Below are positions 1 through 11,593 of a stretch of DNA of 20,000 nucleotides, piece after piece (the first letter of the stretch is position 1; each line of letters begins with the position of its first letter). Below the pieces are notes generated by a model. That model saw only the letters and a program-made list of their open reading frames with translations. It did no database searches and was not told the DNA's origin. Source of the stretch: Xylographa opegraphella (Eukaryota); NCBI GenBank assembly GCA_022813865.1, contig JALDZX010000020.1:360354-380353 (forward strand), given 5' to 3'. A program made the translations under genes and the position numbers.

Positions 1-823
1 CGTCGCTCCTCTAACCCAAACTCCCCGAATCCAAAGAAAAGCCCTAAGAAGAACTCACCACCGAGTCTGGTAAATAGCCCCGTTGCGGTATACAAGACGT
101 CTCCGATTGATCATACTCCTCTGTCGACGTCCTACCCCCCCGCAGCTCAAGAATCCTATACTCCAAGTCGAGGTCCTCGTGTCTCGGCCCTTGGAAACAG
201 TAACATCCAAGTCTTACCCCAGCTCTCTGACGATGCCTCGCCTCTACCAAGTCGTCCATACCTGTCTAGAAATGCTGCCGCCGCTGGGTCGCCGCAGACT
301 CTATCTTCATCTGCTTACTTCAACGATGATCAACAAAGCGGCTACAATCTACTTACTCCGGCACCACAGCGACATGAGCCAAAGATGATCGCACCGAGCA
401 CTGCGAAGCTGCCTAGCCAATACCTACCTCAGAGTAGTCCGGCCCCGTTCTGGAAGTTCAATCGACAACTTGGTAGCACTCCAGGGCAATTTCCTGAGTC
501 AAGTCCACTCAAGGCTATCGCTACTGTCAACGAGGTGCCTCCTCAGAGCAGCAGTCCACCACCTGTGATAGCCAACGGAAGCCCAACTAGAGCGAGGGGA
601 ATGCCACTCGAAGCTACCGCGAATGGATCAAAGGCGGCGCTCGCGTTGGAGATGAATGGTGGCAGTATTGGCATGGTGGAGGACGAGGACGATGATGGTC
701 AGCTCGATCTGATGGGGTAGGGCAACGATCCCGGCTCATTTTATCACAAGCTTCAATGCTGACATATTTCACAGTCAATTTCCGAAAATTGGAGACCGCC
801 GTATCAGCAGCGCGGCTCACTAA
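1..823 (+). CDS. FKH2: 3' part of a forkhead (Fkh1/Fkh2-like) transcription factor; exons <1-716 and 775-823
   Basis: Frame 1 is open from base 1 (RRSSNPNSPNPKKSP...LLTPAPQRHEPKMIAPSTAKLPSQYLPQSSPAPFWKF...GSTP...PPQSSSPP...EDEDDDGQLDLMG). An intron at 717-774 (GTAGGG...GCTGAC...CAG) removes the apparent TAG and gives the ending LDLMGQFPKIGDRRISSAAH*. The PSTA..PSQ..P.SSPAPFWK and DL..(G)F..I motifs match my recollection of Pezizomycotina Fkh1/2 C-termini. The FHA/forkhead domains would lie upstream of the window, so the family call is indirect. Confidence 0.65.
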
Positions 824-1597
824 CGACTTAGATGCATTCCCTGCCAGCAACCATGCACGCAATGAAGGATTTCCAACGACGACAATGGTATTATAGCCTT
901 CCTTTCCTTCGTTTGTCACGTCTCAACAATACGGTTGGGTGTGCAGTATTGCCGGTGACCAGACAGCCACGCTTCTTTTCAGCTGTAAATACTGTACTTT
1001 ATCATGTGCATCACATCTATCCCGCTGGCAGATCTTCCGGATGTATCTCGTATCTCTGCTTCTTCGCTGCTGTCTGCAGATCGGGTGGGGTTCTGGCATT
1101 TTAGTATCGGCATGGCGCTGGAAGTCCGGTGTATTGGACGAATGGAGGGCACCCAAGACTACAAAATACTGATGTCGGCATGATCAGGACCTGGTCGCGA
1201 GCTCGCTGAAATGGTCGCTGGCGTTAGGAGGCTACGGATGTCACGACTTGCATAGATAGGATAACTAAAATGGATTGCTAGGTTAATCTCCGATGAAAGA
1301 CACGGCGGTTGCTTGTCCCGACATCATCTGTCGTAAAGTACGGCCAATCCCTTACCATAGATGCGACCCGCGTGGTGAATGATGCTGCGGTGGATAAAGT
1401 AATATGATGTAGTAATATGTGTAGGAGTGACTAGCTGATTCCACACATTAACTTGCCGTTGCTCTCGTCATTCGTGTAGAGCGATGGATGTATGGAGCAA
1501 TAATCGACTTCGTGATCGTGCTGGGTGGCGACGCGACACTGGCGACAGACACGCTCGTAATCAAGCGAGGCAGTGCCTGCACGATGTTGTCTTACGT

Positions 1598-1962
1598 GCC
1601 AAGCCTTCCCGAGGCGAACGTACGTGATCAATTATCCTTTACTATTCTGCATGCTTGTGCATGGCCGAGATGTTTGCAGTAGGACCAAAGAGACATGCTG
1701 GCTTGCTGGGTCAATGGGGAGGGGGCTGTGAAGGCCGTATCTCCGGAGAAGCTTTTACCATCGAGGGGCGTTTGTGGGCCCCACCATTCCAGCAGTGTAG
1801 GTACGTACGTACGTACTCATCATCAGCTCGAGGCATGACGCCAAGACACTCCGATCCTTGGCAGGAATTCCGCCCTTGGCGCCTTTGGGCTGCGGACCCG
1901 ATCTGAGCGCGACGAGGAGCGAAAGCGGTGCGGCATGGGGCGGGACTCATACCACTGCCAAG
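1598..1962. promoter_or_regulatory. Cluster of PacC-binding sites (GCCARG) upstream of pacC
   Basis: GCCAAG at 1598, 1840 and 1957; its reverse complement CTTGGC at 1857 and 1875. Further CTTGGC copies at 2409 (leader) and 2638 (intron 1). GCCARG is the established PacC consensus. Confidence 0.75.
1801..1816. repeat. (GTAC)4 palindromic microsatellite
   Basis: gtacgtacgtacgtac read directly, 24 bp before the dense GCCARG cluster. Confidence 0.9.
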
Positions 1963-2443
1963 ACCCCACTACGACCCTTTCCCTCTAGGCCTCTTTCGCG
2001 GGCCTATCAAGCTTTGCAGGCGGCCACCGTAGCGATTTACGCAGCGAGGAGAACGCGCTGCTGAGCAGGGAATTTGGGTCGGAGCTGGTCTTTTAGTGGC
2101 ACATGCTTCGTACGTCTCACAGAGGACCTCAAACTGTGGACGCGCCCCATCGACTGATAGTTCTTCGGTTGCGCCTGACAAAGCGTGCGCGGTGGTCCGC
2201 AGTAAATCTAATCCCCCCCGGCCAACCCCCCGCTAAATTCCTCTTCACTTCCTGTCATGCTCTCGCTCCCCATCATGCAGCTCTGACAGTCTCGTACTCC
2301 TCCCGATACATCAACAAAAGGCATCAACCACCGTCTCGATCGCGAACTGTTCATTTGAATCAGATCAACAGCTTCAGCGCGGAATAATCGATCCCGTTCC
2401 GATAAAGTCTTGGCATTTCTTGTCAACGAGGATAATTCCAAGC

Positions 2444-4294
2444 ATGGCCACCGAGCAATCTGCTCAGCAGGCTGCGAATGCCGCGAACCAGCAGCTCCAG
2501 ACCGGCATACCGTCGACACCTGGTTCGATCCAAGGCGTGCAATCGTCCGACTCGCTCACCTGTCAATGGGCGGGATGTGGTGATCGTGCTACGACACCGG
2601 AGCAGCTCTATGTGAGTTCGTCTGACGTTAAACGTGCCTTGGCACTGACATCCCCACGTAGGAGCACCTTTGCGAGCGTCATATTGGCCGTAAGAGTACG
2701 AACAATCTCAACTTGATCTGTCAGTGGGGAAACTGTCGCACCACCACCGTGAAACGCGATCACATCACTTCCCATGTGCGCGTCCATGTGCCCTTGAAAC
2801 CGCACAAATGTGATTTTTGTGGAAAATCCTTCAAACGTCCTCAGGACTTGAAGAAGCATGTCAAGACTCATGCCGATGAGTCGGTTTTGATGCGATCTCC
2901 AGAGCCGTCTTCGTCAACCAGGAACCAGCCAAATGGAGGTTACCCTCCTATGGGCAATCAGCCTCGACGTGAGTAACACTCCACATCGAAAGCAGAGCCA
3001 TCTTTAGCGCTTCGATACTAAAGATGACGGTCTTGCTAATTTTGCTATAGCTGGAAACGGATACTATACAAACCCACAATCCCAGCCAGCTATGCCAATG
3101 AACTATAGCAATCCATACCAGGGTCATAATGGAAGTGTCGCAGGAAACTCCACACCGGGCTTTGTGTATGGTCCAACACATCCGACTACCAGCCAAGGCT
3201 ATGGAGTATCGTATTATCCGTTTGGCAATGGCTCTGGTGTCGCAAATTCCTCCGTGAATACCCAGAGTCAAGTCGTTATCGAGAACTGGTTTCGCTCTTT
3301 GAAAGGTCAACATATCAACCCGACGAATTACGATGATATTCACCAGTCTTTGGCGCCGCTTCGAAATATGTCATTACCGCTGTCCAATACTGGTGGACCC
3401 CTAGCAGCTTATAGTGGCGGAACAATGACAATGGACCACCAGTCAGGGGCGAGTCACTATGGACCTACTGCTTCGAACCAATACCCGCTTGATATCTCCG
3501 GTCTACAATCTAAGGAAGATTACCTAGATGTAGCTGCTAGGCTTGAAACCATGAACCGAACCGCGTACGAATATCAACCAACGTCGACGACTGGAGTTCC
3601 CCAACAGGACAGTCATCAGGCGGCTTCTGGTGCGGTCGCACGTCTTAGCAACTCGCCACCGAGCAACAACTTCCCATCATCTCACCTCGATAGGGCCAAC
3701 TCTAGCTCCACGAATGTCGGTACGCCTGAAATGACATCCGGATCTAGTGTTTACAGCAATGGCCACTCGCCTCCGTCGATGAGCTTCAATGACTCCATGT
3801 CACCTGCTCTGCAGACGCCGACCACCGGTGTCATGTATCCGTCGCTCCCCACAAACGGCTCAATGAACGGTAGTGCGCCAACCCCAACTCTCGGCAATCA
3901 ATACGAGCGCAGTCGTCGCTATTCTGGCGGGCGTCTTCAGAAAGCTGCTCCAGGCACCTCGAGGAGACATACAGACGACATGGATATCGACTCTGAGCCC
4001 ACCCAGTCCAACAAGTCTACGTCCAGTAAGATGATCGACCCCGCCCTGTCAGGCGACAGTAAGATGATCGATCCTGCTCTGTCGGGCGGAAATCGTTCTC
4101 GATCAGGCTCGTCAACACCTTCTCCTCACGCAGCTGCTGAAGAGGAGGTTGACAACGTCTGGGTCAACAACATGCGCATACTGGAAGGCTTGAAAGACTT
4201 TGTGGCTTTTAAGCTCAGGCAATTCGACACCAGTGAAGGACAGGTCGCCGAAGAGCAAGGCAAGACGTTCATGTACCCAGAGCTCAAAGTCTGA
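2444..4294 (+). CDS. pacC: pH-response C2H2 transcription factor PacC/Rim101, ~572 aa; exons 2444-2611, 2662-2968, 3051-4294
   Basis: The spliced product has the three PacC fingers LTCQWAGC...[72 protein letters not shown]. It also has RRYSGGRLQ, two PalA-binding YPxL motifs (YPSL ~3836, YPEL ~4274) and a signalling-protease-box-like [19 protein letters not shown]. Introns 2612-2661 (GTGAGT/CTGAC/TAG) and 2969-3050 (GTGAGT/GCTAAT/TAG) keep the frame; total 1719 nt. Confidence 0.97.
4024..4088 (+). repeat. 33-bp-period tandem duplication inside pacC encoding [10 protein letters not shown] x2
   Basis: cagtaagatgatcgaccccgccctgtcaggcg (4024-4055) versus cagtaagatgatcgatcctgctctgtcgggcg (4057-4088). 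Confidence 0.95.
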
Positions 4295-5263
4295 TTTCTT
4301 ACATCAAAAGTGAATTCTTGTTGGGGACTTTGGCAAGCTGGCACGGGCAGTGTCTGACGGCGCTTCCGGCGCTGACATATTCCTTCGATTCCCTTTCTGT
4401 GTCAACTACCCACTCCGATATTCCCTGATTGCGATTTCCCTTGCCGTCTCATTCCCTTTTCCCGTTCCTTTGTCTGCCTGGCTGTGGGTGTGTATTATCT
4501 GGAAGCGGATGTTGACTGCGTTGCGCTGGTGCAATCGCTCACGATCTTGGCAGGGTCTTTTTGCTCGTGGTTTGGTTGCTGGTTAGCTAGCTAGGATTAG
4601 CTTTTCGTAGAGCAGGTAGCATGTCTTGTCGATGCTCCCCGTCGGCTTTCATAATGGCAGCATTTGTTTGCTTTTGCTCAATTGAACAGTATCACTTACA
4701 TCTATCGGGCGATGTGTACAGCTCGTGGACGGTGAATATTCCCTACGGCATGATTGAATGGAAATAAAACAGGCTGCTGCGTGGAGCGGGATGAGTTCCG
4801 CTTTCTAATAAGGTATAAGGTATAAGGAGGGATGCAGTACTTGGAGCTTCACAAGCGCGCCATGTAGCTTATTCGAAGGACGCGGCACACACCCAGGTCT
4901 CCAAGCCCTTTCACACCGCACAGTCATTGGGACATTAACATAGAGTACAGATATACTCAGCGACCTTTCATTCCTTCCTCGCCAGTAGCTAGCCACCTAA
5001 CCAGTCTAAGAGCCACGCTTTCCCACAAACGCAAGTAATGCTTCATCATGAAGCCACCTAATGCAGCTCGAACTACCAGCTCGATTAACTTCTCGGATCC
5101 CCATTATCTGTACTTGCGTTTAGGTAATCGCATGACAGCCACCGCGAGAAGCGCACAAGGTTATCATGAATTTCGCAAACCATTGTGAAAATCCCCAGCC
5201 GTCACGAAATTCCCCCAATGCCAATCCCCATTGCCGACCTAAGCTACCCACCCACCCGAAACC

Positions 5264-7611
5264 CTACTTCTTCACCGCCTTGACCCTGCAATCCGGACAA
5301 TACCACTTCACCCTCCTCCCAGGCGGCTCCTGCAAGCCCACGCACTCGAGATGGAACCACTCTTTCTCGCACTACACCGCATTAGCCCACGCCCACAAAA
5401 AAAGCCCCCCCCCCTCCCTCCCATAAAAAGTAAAGAAACAAAACCACTCACATCCTGATTCTCGCAACAGATCATCGTCCCGAAACTAACATCCCCACAC
5501 AGACAATAGCGCGGCTCATCGGGATCGATCTCCTCGGGCGCCTCCTCCTCCAGCGCCTTCTCCTCCTCTCGCTCTTTGGCGTTGCCCTCGGCGGCCTTGC
5601 GCGCCGCGGCCGCGGCGCCGCGCTTGCGGGGCGCGTTTTTGCGCCGCCCCACGCTGACGGCCGCGCCGCCGTCTTGGCTGTTGGTGACGGGCCCGGGGGC
5701 GGGGCGCTTGCTGCGTCGGGAGGCGGCGGTCGTCGTGGGCGCCGGGGCTGGGGTCGCGCTTTTGCGGCGGAGGTGTTCGCGCGTGGGGGGGGAGTGCGGA
5801 GGGGGGCCGGTGGAGACGTGGCGGGAGGAGGGGTGCGAGGGCGGTCGGGAAATGGGGGCTGTTTCCGGGGGTGGGGCGGGGCCGCGGAGGGTGAGGGATG
5901 GACGGCGCGAGCGGGAGGATGCGGTCGACGTGGTTGCTGCGGGGACGGGCTTCTTGATTACCGTAGGCGATGCGGGCGGCGGAGCGGGTTTGACGGGCGA
6001 GGGAGCGAGCGCGGCGAGCGAGATCGTCGTCGTAGTCGTGGTGGTTGTGGCGGGCGGGAGGACGGGGACGGGCGCGGGCGCGGTTTTGCGTTTCTTGAGC
6101 ACCGGCTTGTGCGGCGAGAGGATGATCTCCGAATGCAATTGCGCCTGCAGCTGGCTTTCCTCCGTGATGAGCGTCGGTGCCAGCTTGCGCTTCTTGGGCG
6201 GCTTGGCCGCCGGCTTCTCGATGCTGTAGAGCGGCGAGTAGCCGGAGCTGGAGGCGGCACTGAGGGGCGCGGCGCCGGGCTTGTCGAAGAGGTTCTTGAA
6301 GCTGCTGCCGATGTCGCCGAGGCGCTTGGCCGCCTGCTCGGCCTCGGCCGCGGCGATGGCGGCCTGTTCACGCGCGAGGAGTTCCTTCTTCAGCTTCTTG
6401 GCTTCGTTGAGCTTCATGCCCTTGTTGCTGAGCTTGGACTCGAAGCCGAGGGAGTCGGCGCTGATCTCACCGGGGACGAGCTGCTTGCCAGGCGCGGTGG
6501 TGGCGATGTTGTCGCAGTCGAGGAACTCGTCGCCCGTCTCCTCGCAGCGCGAACGCGTCTTGCGGTAGTTTTCGGGGCCGCGCCCGGCTTCGGAGAGCTC
6601 TCGCCTGATCATCGTCTCGCTTGGTGTCCAGATTGCGTTCTTCTTCATGCGTTTGCGTAGCCGGGCCATCTCCCATTCTGTGAGGCGCATCCAAGGCGCG
6701 TGAATCGTGCCGGGTTTGGCGTCAGGAGGTGGCGGGGTGAGTAGAGAAAGGGCATTGCTTGTTGAGATCCCGGCCACAGCGCTGTGCACGTTGGTACCCA
6801 TGGCTCCTGGAGGTCGTGGCGGTCTCGGGGTTCTGGGTGTTTTTGGGACCTTGATTTTTGGGGGTTTTGGGGCTTTGGGGATCTTGACATGATGGGGTTT
6901 GATGGATCGACTCCGTGGAGGAGCTCCGACTCGAGACGTAGGCATAGGGACAGGTGACGGAGATCGCGATTCCCAGTCGGTGTCGGTCATGGATGGTGGA
7001 GAGTCTGGATTTGGGGGAGGCAGCACTTCGCCAGGAACAGTAACTCTTCGAATCCTGTGTCGGGGTCGGTGGCTGCCTCCATGGTGTCGCGAGCCATTTG
7101 CATTTAGTCTTAGAGTGATGCGTGGAGGCGGTGTATCCCCACCTTCTTCTGTTCTTCCCAGTCTTGCACGATTTGCTTGGGGCGCATGCTGTATAGGAAC
7201 TGGAGTTGGATCTCTCGAAGGCGGTTTCGGCAGAGCAAGCAGTTTTGACTTGACGCTCGCCAGACGGTTATAGTGACGATCGACTTCATCGTATAGACGA
7301 GACGATTCAGCGTACGCTGATTCGCGAGCATTGAGCGCGTGCTCAAGGAAGTATGATATTTCTTTACGTAGCAGTTGTGGGTTTTGTTTCTTGTTGGCAG
7401 TGGAGTGAGGTAGGCTACCGTATATTGAAAGGAGTTCGTGTATTCTGTTGGTCGAGGTGAGGTAGGATTCGTCGAGTTTGCCGATCAAAGTCAAGGATCG
7501 AATGAGGTCTGCTGGAAGATATTCGGTGTAATCGAGGAAATCGGTCACGGTTGCTTGCGCGTCTGGGTCGACGTGGCCTTCGCTCTGGAGACTCTCAGCG
7601 ACCGTCTTCAT
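5264..7611 (-). CDS. ING-family (inhibitor of growth) PHD-finger protein, ~755 aa; exons 7611-5452 and 5371-5264
   Basis: N-terminal ING-type domain ([33 protein letters not shown]) and a long Pro/Lys-rich linker. Removing intron 5451-5372 (GTGAGT/GCTAAT/TAG) completes the PHD finger: [50 protein letters not shown]. Start context is gccATG. The exact orthologue (Yng1/Yng2/Pho23-type) cannot be resolved by eye. Confidence 0.92.
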
Positions 7612-8399
7612 GGCGCTGTTTCCGCTTTTCTTTGCGCCTCTCCTGGCCCTCCCGCTTCCTTCTCTGCTTTGCTGTTTCCTGTACAGGCACAGGGGTATCT
7701 TCGGTAGAAGCGGTAGGAGTTTTGCCTTCTGCGCGTAGCAGTCGTATTGCTAAGCCGAGGTCGACGATTGACGAGTTAATCGTCACGAGGATAAAGCGAA
7801 AGATGAAGAGCTGCCAAAGGATGACGGTGCGCCAGCTCAGGTTATTTGCCTATCGAGCATCAGTCAGGACTCAGACGCGACGAAGCGGAATTCGTTCCGC
7901 CTTGATCGCGCTTGTAAGATTAGGCATTTAACTACGACCGGCGCTTAGAAACTCACCTCAACTGTAATCGTAGTGTCACGAACTATGCACTCGTCGTCCA
8001 AGTGTAACTGAAGGGCGAACAACAGAAACAGAGGCAAGCTGCTCAGAAATTCTCCCCAGAATTTCAAAGGTATTCTGGGAAACCACTTTTCGACTGCAGT
8101 GAAGGTTTTTAGGAGTCTGGGTGCGAAGAACCAGAGACAAGCGCTGGTAAAGTAGATGTGCCAAAGGATTACCTGCATGTGGTTCACTGGGAAATAGCAA
8201 AACGTGGTGGGCTGATACCAGTGTCCCTGCCACTTGAGGTGAGGAGAGAATATCTTGAAAGTGTATCCCAAGAGCACCCGGTCCCACGTGTCCATTCTGA
8301 TTTCAGTCTTTCATTTCTTCTTTCTGTATTGAAATTTTTATTCTGTGTGACGGAAAGTGTCTTTGTGCGTGATCGTGGTTCACGTGGTTCTTGAATGTG

Positions 8400-10892
8400 A
8401 TGGCAATGGACAGGATTGAAAAATTGCGTCTCTTGATGCAAGCTGAGAATATTACCGAGGCTCCACTACAGAACGTTCCGGAAGACGTCCAAGAAATTAG
8501 CTGGGATACTTCGCCTGAGATAGCTTGGGAAGACGCGCCACAGGACGCAGTGAACTCTTCACAAATTTCCACTAGTTGGGGCAACGGCAACGGAGCCTCC
8601 AGTTCATCGGATGACGAATACGCGGTAAGGAAGACAGGTGGCATACCAAAGAAAAGGCAAAATAGAGTGCGTCCACTTCCAGTTCTAGCTGATACCATGG
8701 ATCCAGACGAAGAGAATCGAACTACAGGAGACATGGGCTCATTACACATAGGGTACTGTCCTATTCTGGCAGTCGTTAAATTTCCATACAAGTTCATGAA
8801 AGGGCCTACAGAATTGGTGGAGAAGGTATCTTGGAGATACTTCGCGTCCTCGAAGATATGGGACCGGAAATGGACAATGTGAGTGTCCAATCATCCCGAT
8901 GACGCAAGCGGTGAACTTCAATTACCTATTGGGACGGTCTCGCTATGGTACTGGAAGACAGCATATGTATAGCTTTCGCAAATGCGTTCCTTCATTCGGG
9001 CATGTTATTGGTTTTTTCAATGTCATCACGGCTCCTTGGACACCTGCATAGTTAGACTCGGCACCTGAGCTAAGATAAACTTCGCGCTAGTCACTTTATC
9101 TATCCTCCTCCTTCAATCTCGATCAAACCGTTGCTTCTAGTTCCTGAATCGGAAGTTCGATCACTTCTAGAAGAAATCAACAACGACTTAGAGATACAGC
9201 TTGAATTCCCCGCACGTGCGGACGAACGTGGTTTTCTACTGAACTTCTCCGACGACGGTCAACCTCGTCCTCGATTTCTCGGGATATCTTCGTCTCAAGC
9301 AGCATTTAAGGCAATAGAGCAACAGGTCCCGACAATGGAGTCCTTAGTGAAAGGCACAGAATCCTTGGCATTAGACACAGATGACAAAAGCTTTGCAGCC
9401 TTTAAAATGAAGATGGATTTGGGTCACATGGCCACCCACAAGAAGGCAAAGGCTAACAAGGAGAAGAAGAAGTTTCAGCGCGTCCAGCAGAAAGAGGGTA
9501 ACTGCCTCACACTGCTATTAAGCCCTTTTATTAACGTGATTTATCAGCTTGGTCTCGTCAGCTCCGACGCACTCAACGCTATTTGGGTATCCGACCTCGA
9601 TCAGAAACCAATACGTGGTCAGGAGGAAAGGCTCCTTCACTTGATGAGCCTGGTCAGAAGTGGGAGGATTACGTCACGGCAAAGGAAAAGTACGATCGTG
9701 AAATTCGAGAGAAACACGCGTTGCCACCACTTGATGTCAGCTACCCAGTCCCGTATGCCTTTGAGAACAGTGTGGTTTTCGTTTGTGTCGATGTCGAGTC
9801 TTTCGAGCGCAGTCACAGTCAGATAACCGAGATCGGTATATCAACCCTCGATACCAATGATCTTATTGGCCTTGCACCAGGACCAGACGGAAAGGATTGG
9901 ATGAAGAAGATTATCTCCCGCCATTTTCGCATCAAGGAGCGCGTACATCTTGTCAACAAGGACTTTGTCACTGGATGCCCTGATAGGTTCGAGAAAGTCT
10001 TTGGCGAAAGCGAATTCATCTCTATAAATGATGCTCCTGCAGTGGTAGCTTCCTGCTTTCGTCCGCCGTTTTCGGGCCCCCTGAACACGACCGTTATGAG
10101 TCAATACGGAGAGCCAGAAGTCAAACGTAAGATTATCCTAGTGGGACATGACACGAAAACGGACATCAACTATCTACGAGATCTTGGCTACGATCCCGGC
10201 AATCTCTCAAACTTGCTAGAGGTTCTCGATACGTCTGAAGTCTATCGCGCTCTCAAATGTGAAACTCAAGCCGGTGGCTTAGGCACCCTACTCTACGATT
10301 TGGGTCTACCAGGCTGGAATCTCCATAATGCAGTTAGTATAATCGCACCTCCTGGTGATATCAGTCTTACATGTACACCTGATACTGAATCAAGATATAG
10401 GGCAATGACGCGGCGTATACTCTTCAAGCACTTATCGCCATCGCCTTCAAAGCTCTCGTACCCAAAGAAGAGCGACAAGCCAAAAGCATTGATGAGAGAA
10501 CTGAAGAGGCTATGACAGAAGCCGCAGATCGAGTCGCCGAAGACAATGAAGAGTGGGACGTCGCTGCTGGCGAGGACGATGGCGGGCCAGCAGTATACAA
10601 AATGGATCAACCCAAGAGCCAGGAAGGACGTGGTGGTCGTAGGGGTGGCGGAGGTGGTAGCATTCGTGGCGATCATGGCGATCGTGGAGGAGGCGGTCGT
10701 GGAGCCGGCGGGCGCGGAGGAGGCGGTCGTGGAAGAGGATTCCATGACAACCAAGGCAGAGGCGGCGTCCTCCAACCGCGGGGGAATCCTCGTACTCGCT
10801 ACCAGCAAAACACGGCTCAAGGGTATCCTGTGGAGCAGCAAGAACAGGTAAATCTCTTCCCAGGGCACGCTCCTACCGGGGATTGGTGGTAA
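8400..10892 (+). CDS. qip: QDE-2-interacting protein (QIP)-like / Gfd2-YDR514C-family DEDDh 3'-5' exonuclease, ~720 aa; exons 8400-8878, 9091-9497, 9548-10332, 10401-10892
   Basis: Three GT-AG introns (8879-9090, 9498-9547, 10333-10400) join four ORFs in frame (2163 nt). Motifs: YCPILAVVKFPYKFM, RRTQRYLGIR, VFVCVDVESFERSHSQITEIGISTLDT (ExoI D-x-E), IILVGHDTKTDINYL (ExoII) and LHNA|GNDAAYTLQALI (ExoIII H..D), followed by an RGG-rich tail. Start could be ATG 8400 or 8406. Confidence 0.85.
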
Positions 10893-11593
10893 CGTGATCG
10901 GTCAAACGGTAAACACCTTCCTGGCTTACTTGGTAGGGCATTGTTCTCACCTGGCACAGCCACGATATCTTCTTCTGTAATGAGGATGGTCCACAGAAAA
11001 CTACTGACAGTATTGATTATTTCAATTATCGGCACAGTTAGAGAGACAAAAGCAATTCTACGGTTTCAAGATTCCGACTTATGCTTGTGCTTTACTGGCG
11101 ATAAATACTGCAGATAGTCTCTCTCTTTCAACATGGATAGATTGTCATTGAGGGTCTACTATCCATTGAGAGTGTTGAACCCGAGATTTCTTTCCTCCGC
11201 ATCTCATAACCTTTGCAAAGTGCTTTCATCCGGCATCATTTAATGTACTGATCATGGCCCTTAGGTGCAATGTGTATACAAGATTTTCTGTGTCAAATCC
11301 AAGCCCACTGCTTGCCCCAGGCCCCTTTGCCTGCCCCCTATCCTATCTTTCCTCGAGCCCACTAATCCACGTCGCAATACGCATTGGGTGCAGTAAAACT
11401 CGGGAAAAACCTGCGCAATTGCGACTCCTAATAGACAGCGTCCCTTGCGGGGTTCTAACCCGCACCCCAGACCGAATATACCCCCGAGAGTATAGTTTTT
11501 GGGGTCATGGGTACACCAGGTGATGCGCTGACGTCGCACCAACGGGATAGCCTGCTCTTGATGCTGCTGAGATCCACCGACGGCCGCCATTGG

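Noticed and set aside
718..720. TAG as the true stop of the forkhead gene; likewise ORF-track ends at 5308 (ING) and 13504 (MOT1)
   Set aside because: These come from reading into or through introns. Splicing restores conserved C-termini ending at 823, 5264 and 13193.
5576..6660. Long plus-strand ORFs (217 aa, 328 aa) antisense to the ING gene
   Set aside because: Shadow ORFs caused by extreme GC content. They are Gly/Arg/Ala low-complexity, have non-ATG starts and show no domain.
7945..8394. Overlapping 78-116 aa ORFs in the ING/qip divergent promoter
   Set aside because: No recognisable motifs or consistent splice structure; treated as chance ORFs.
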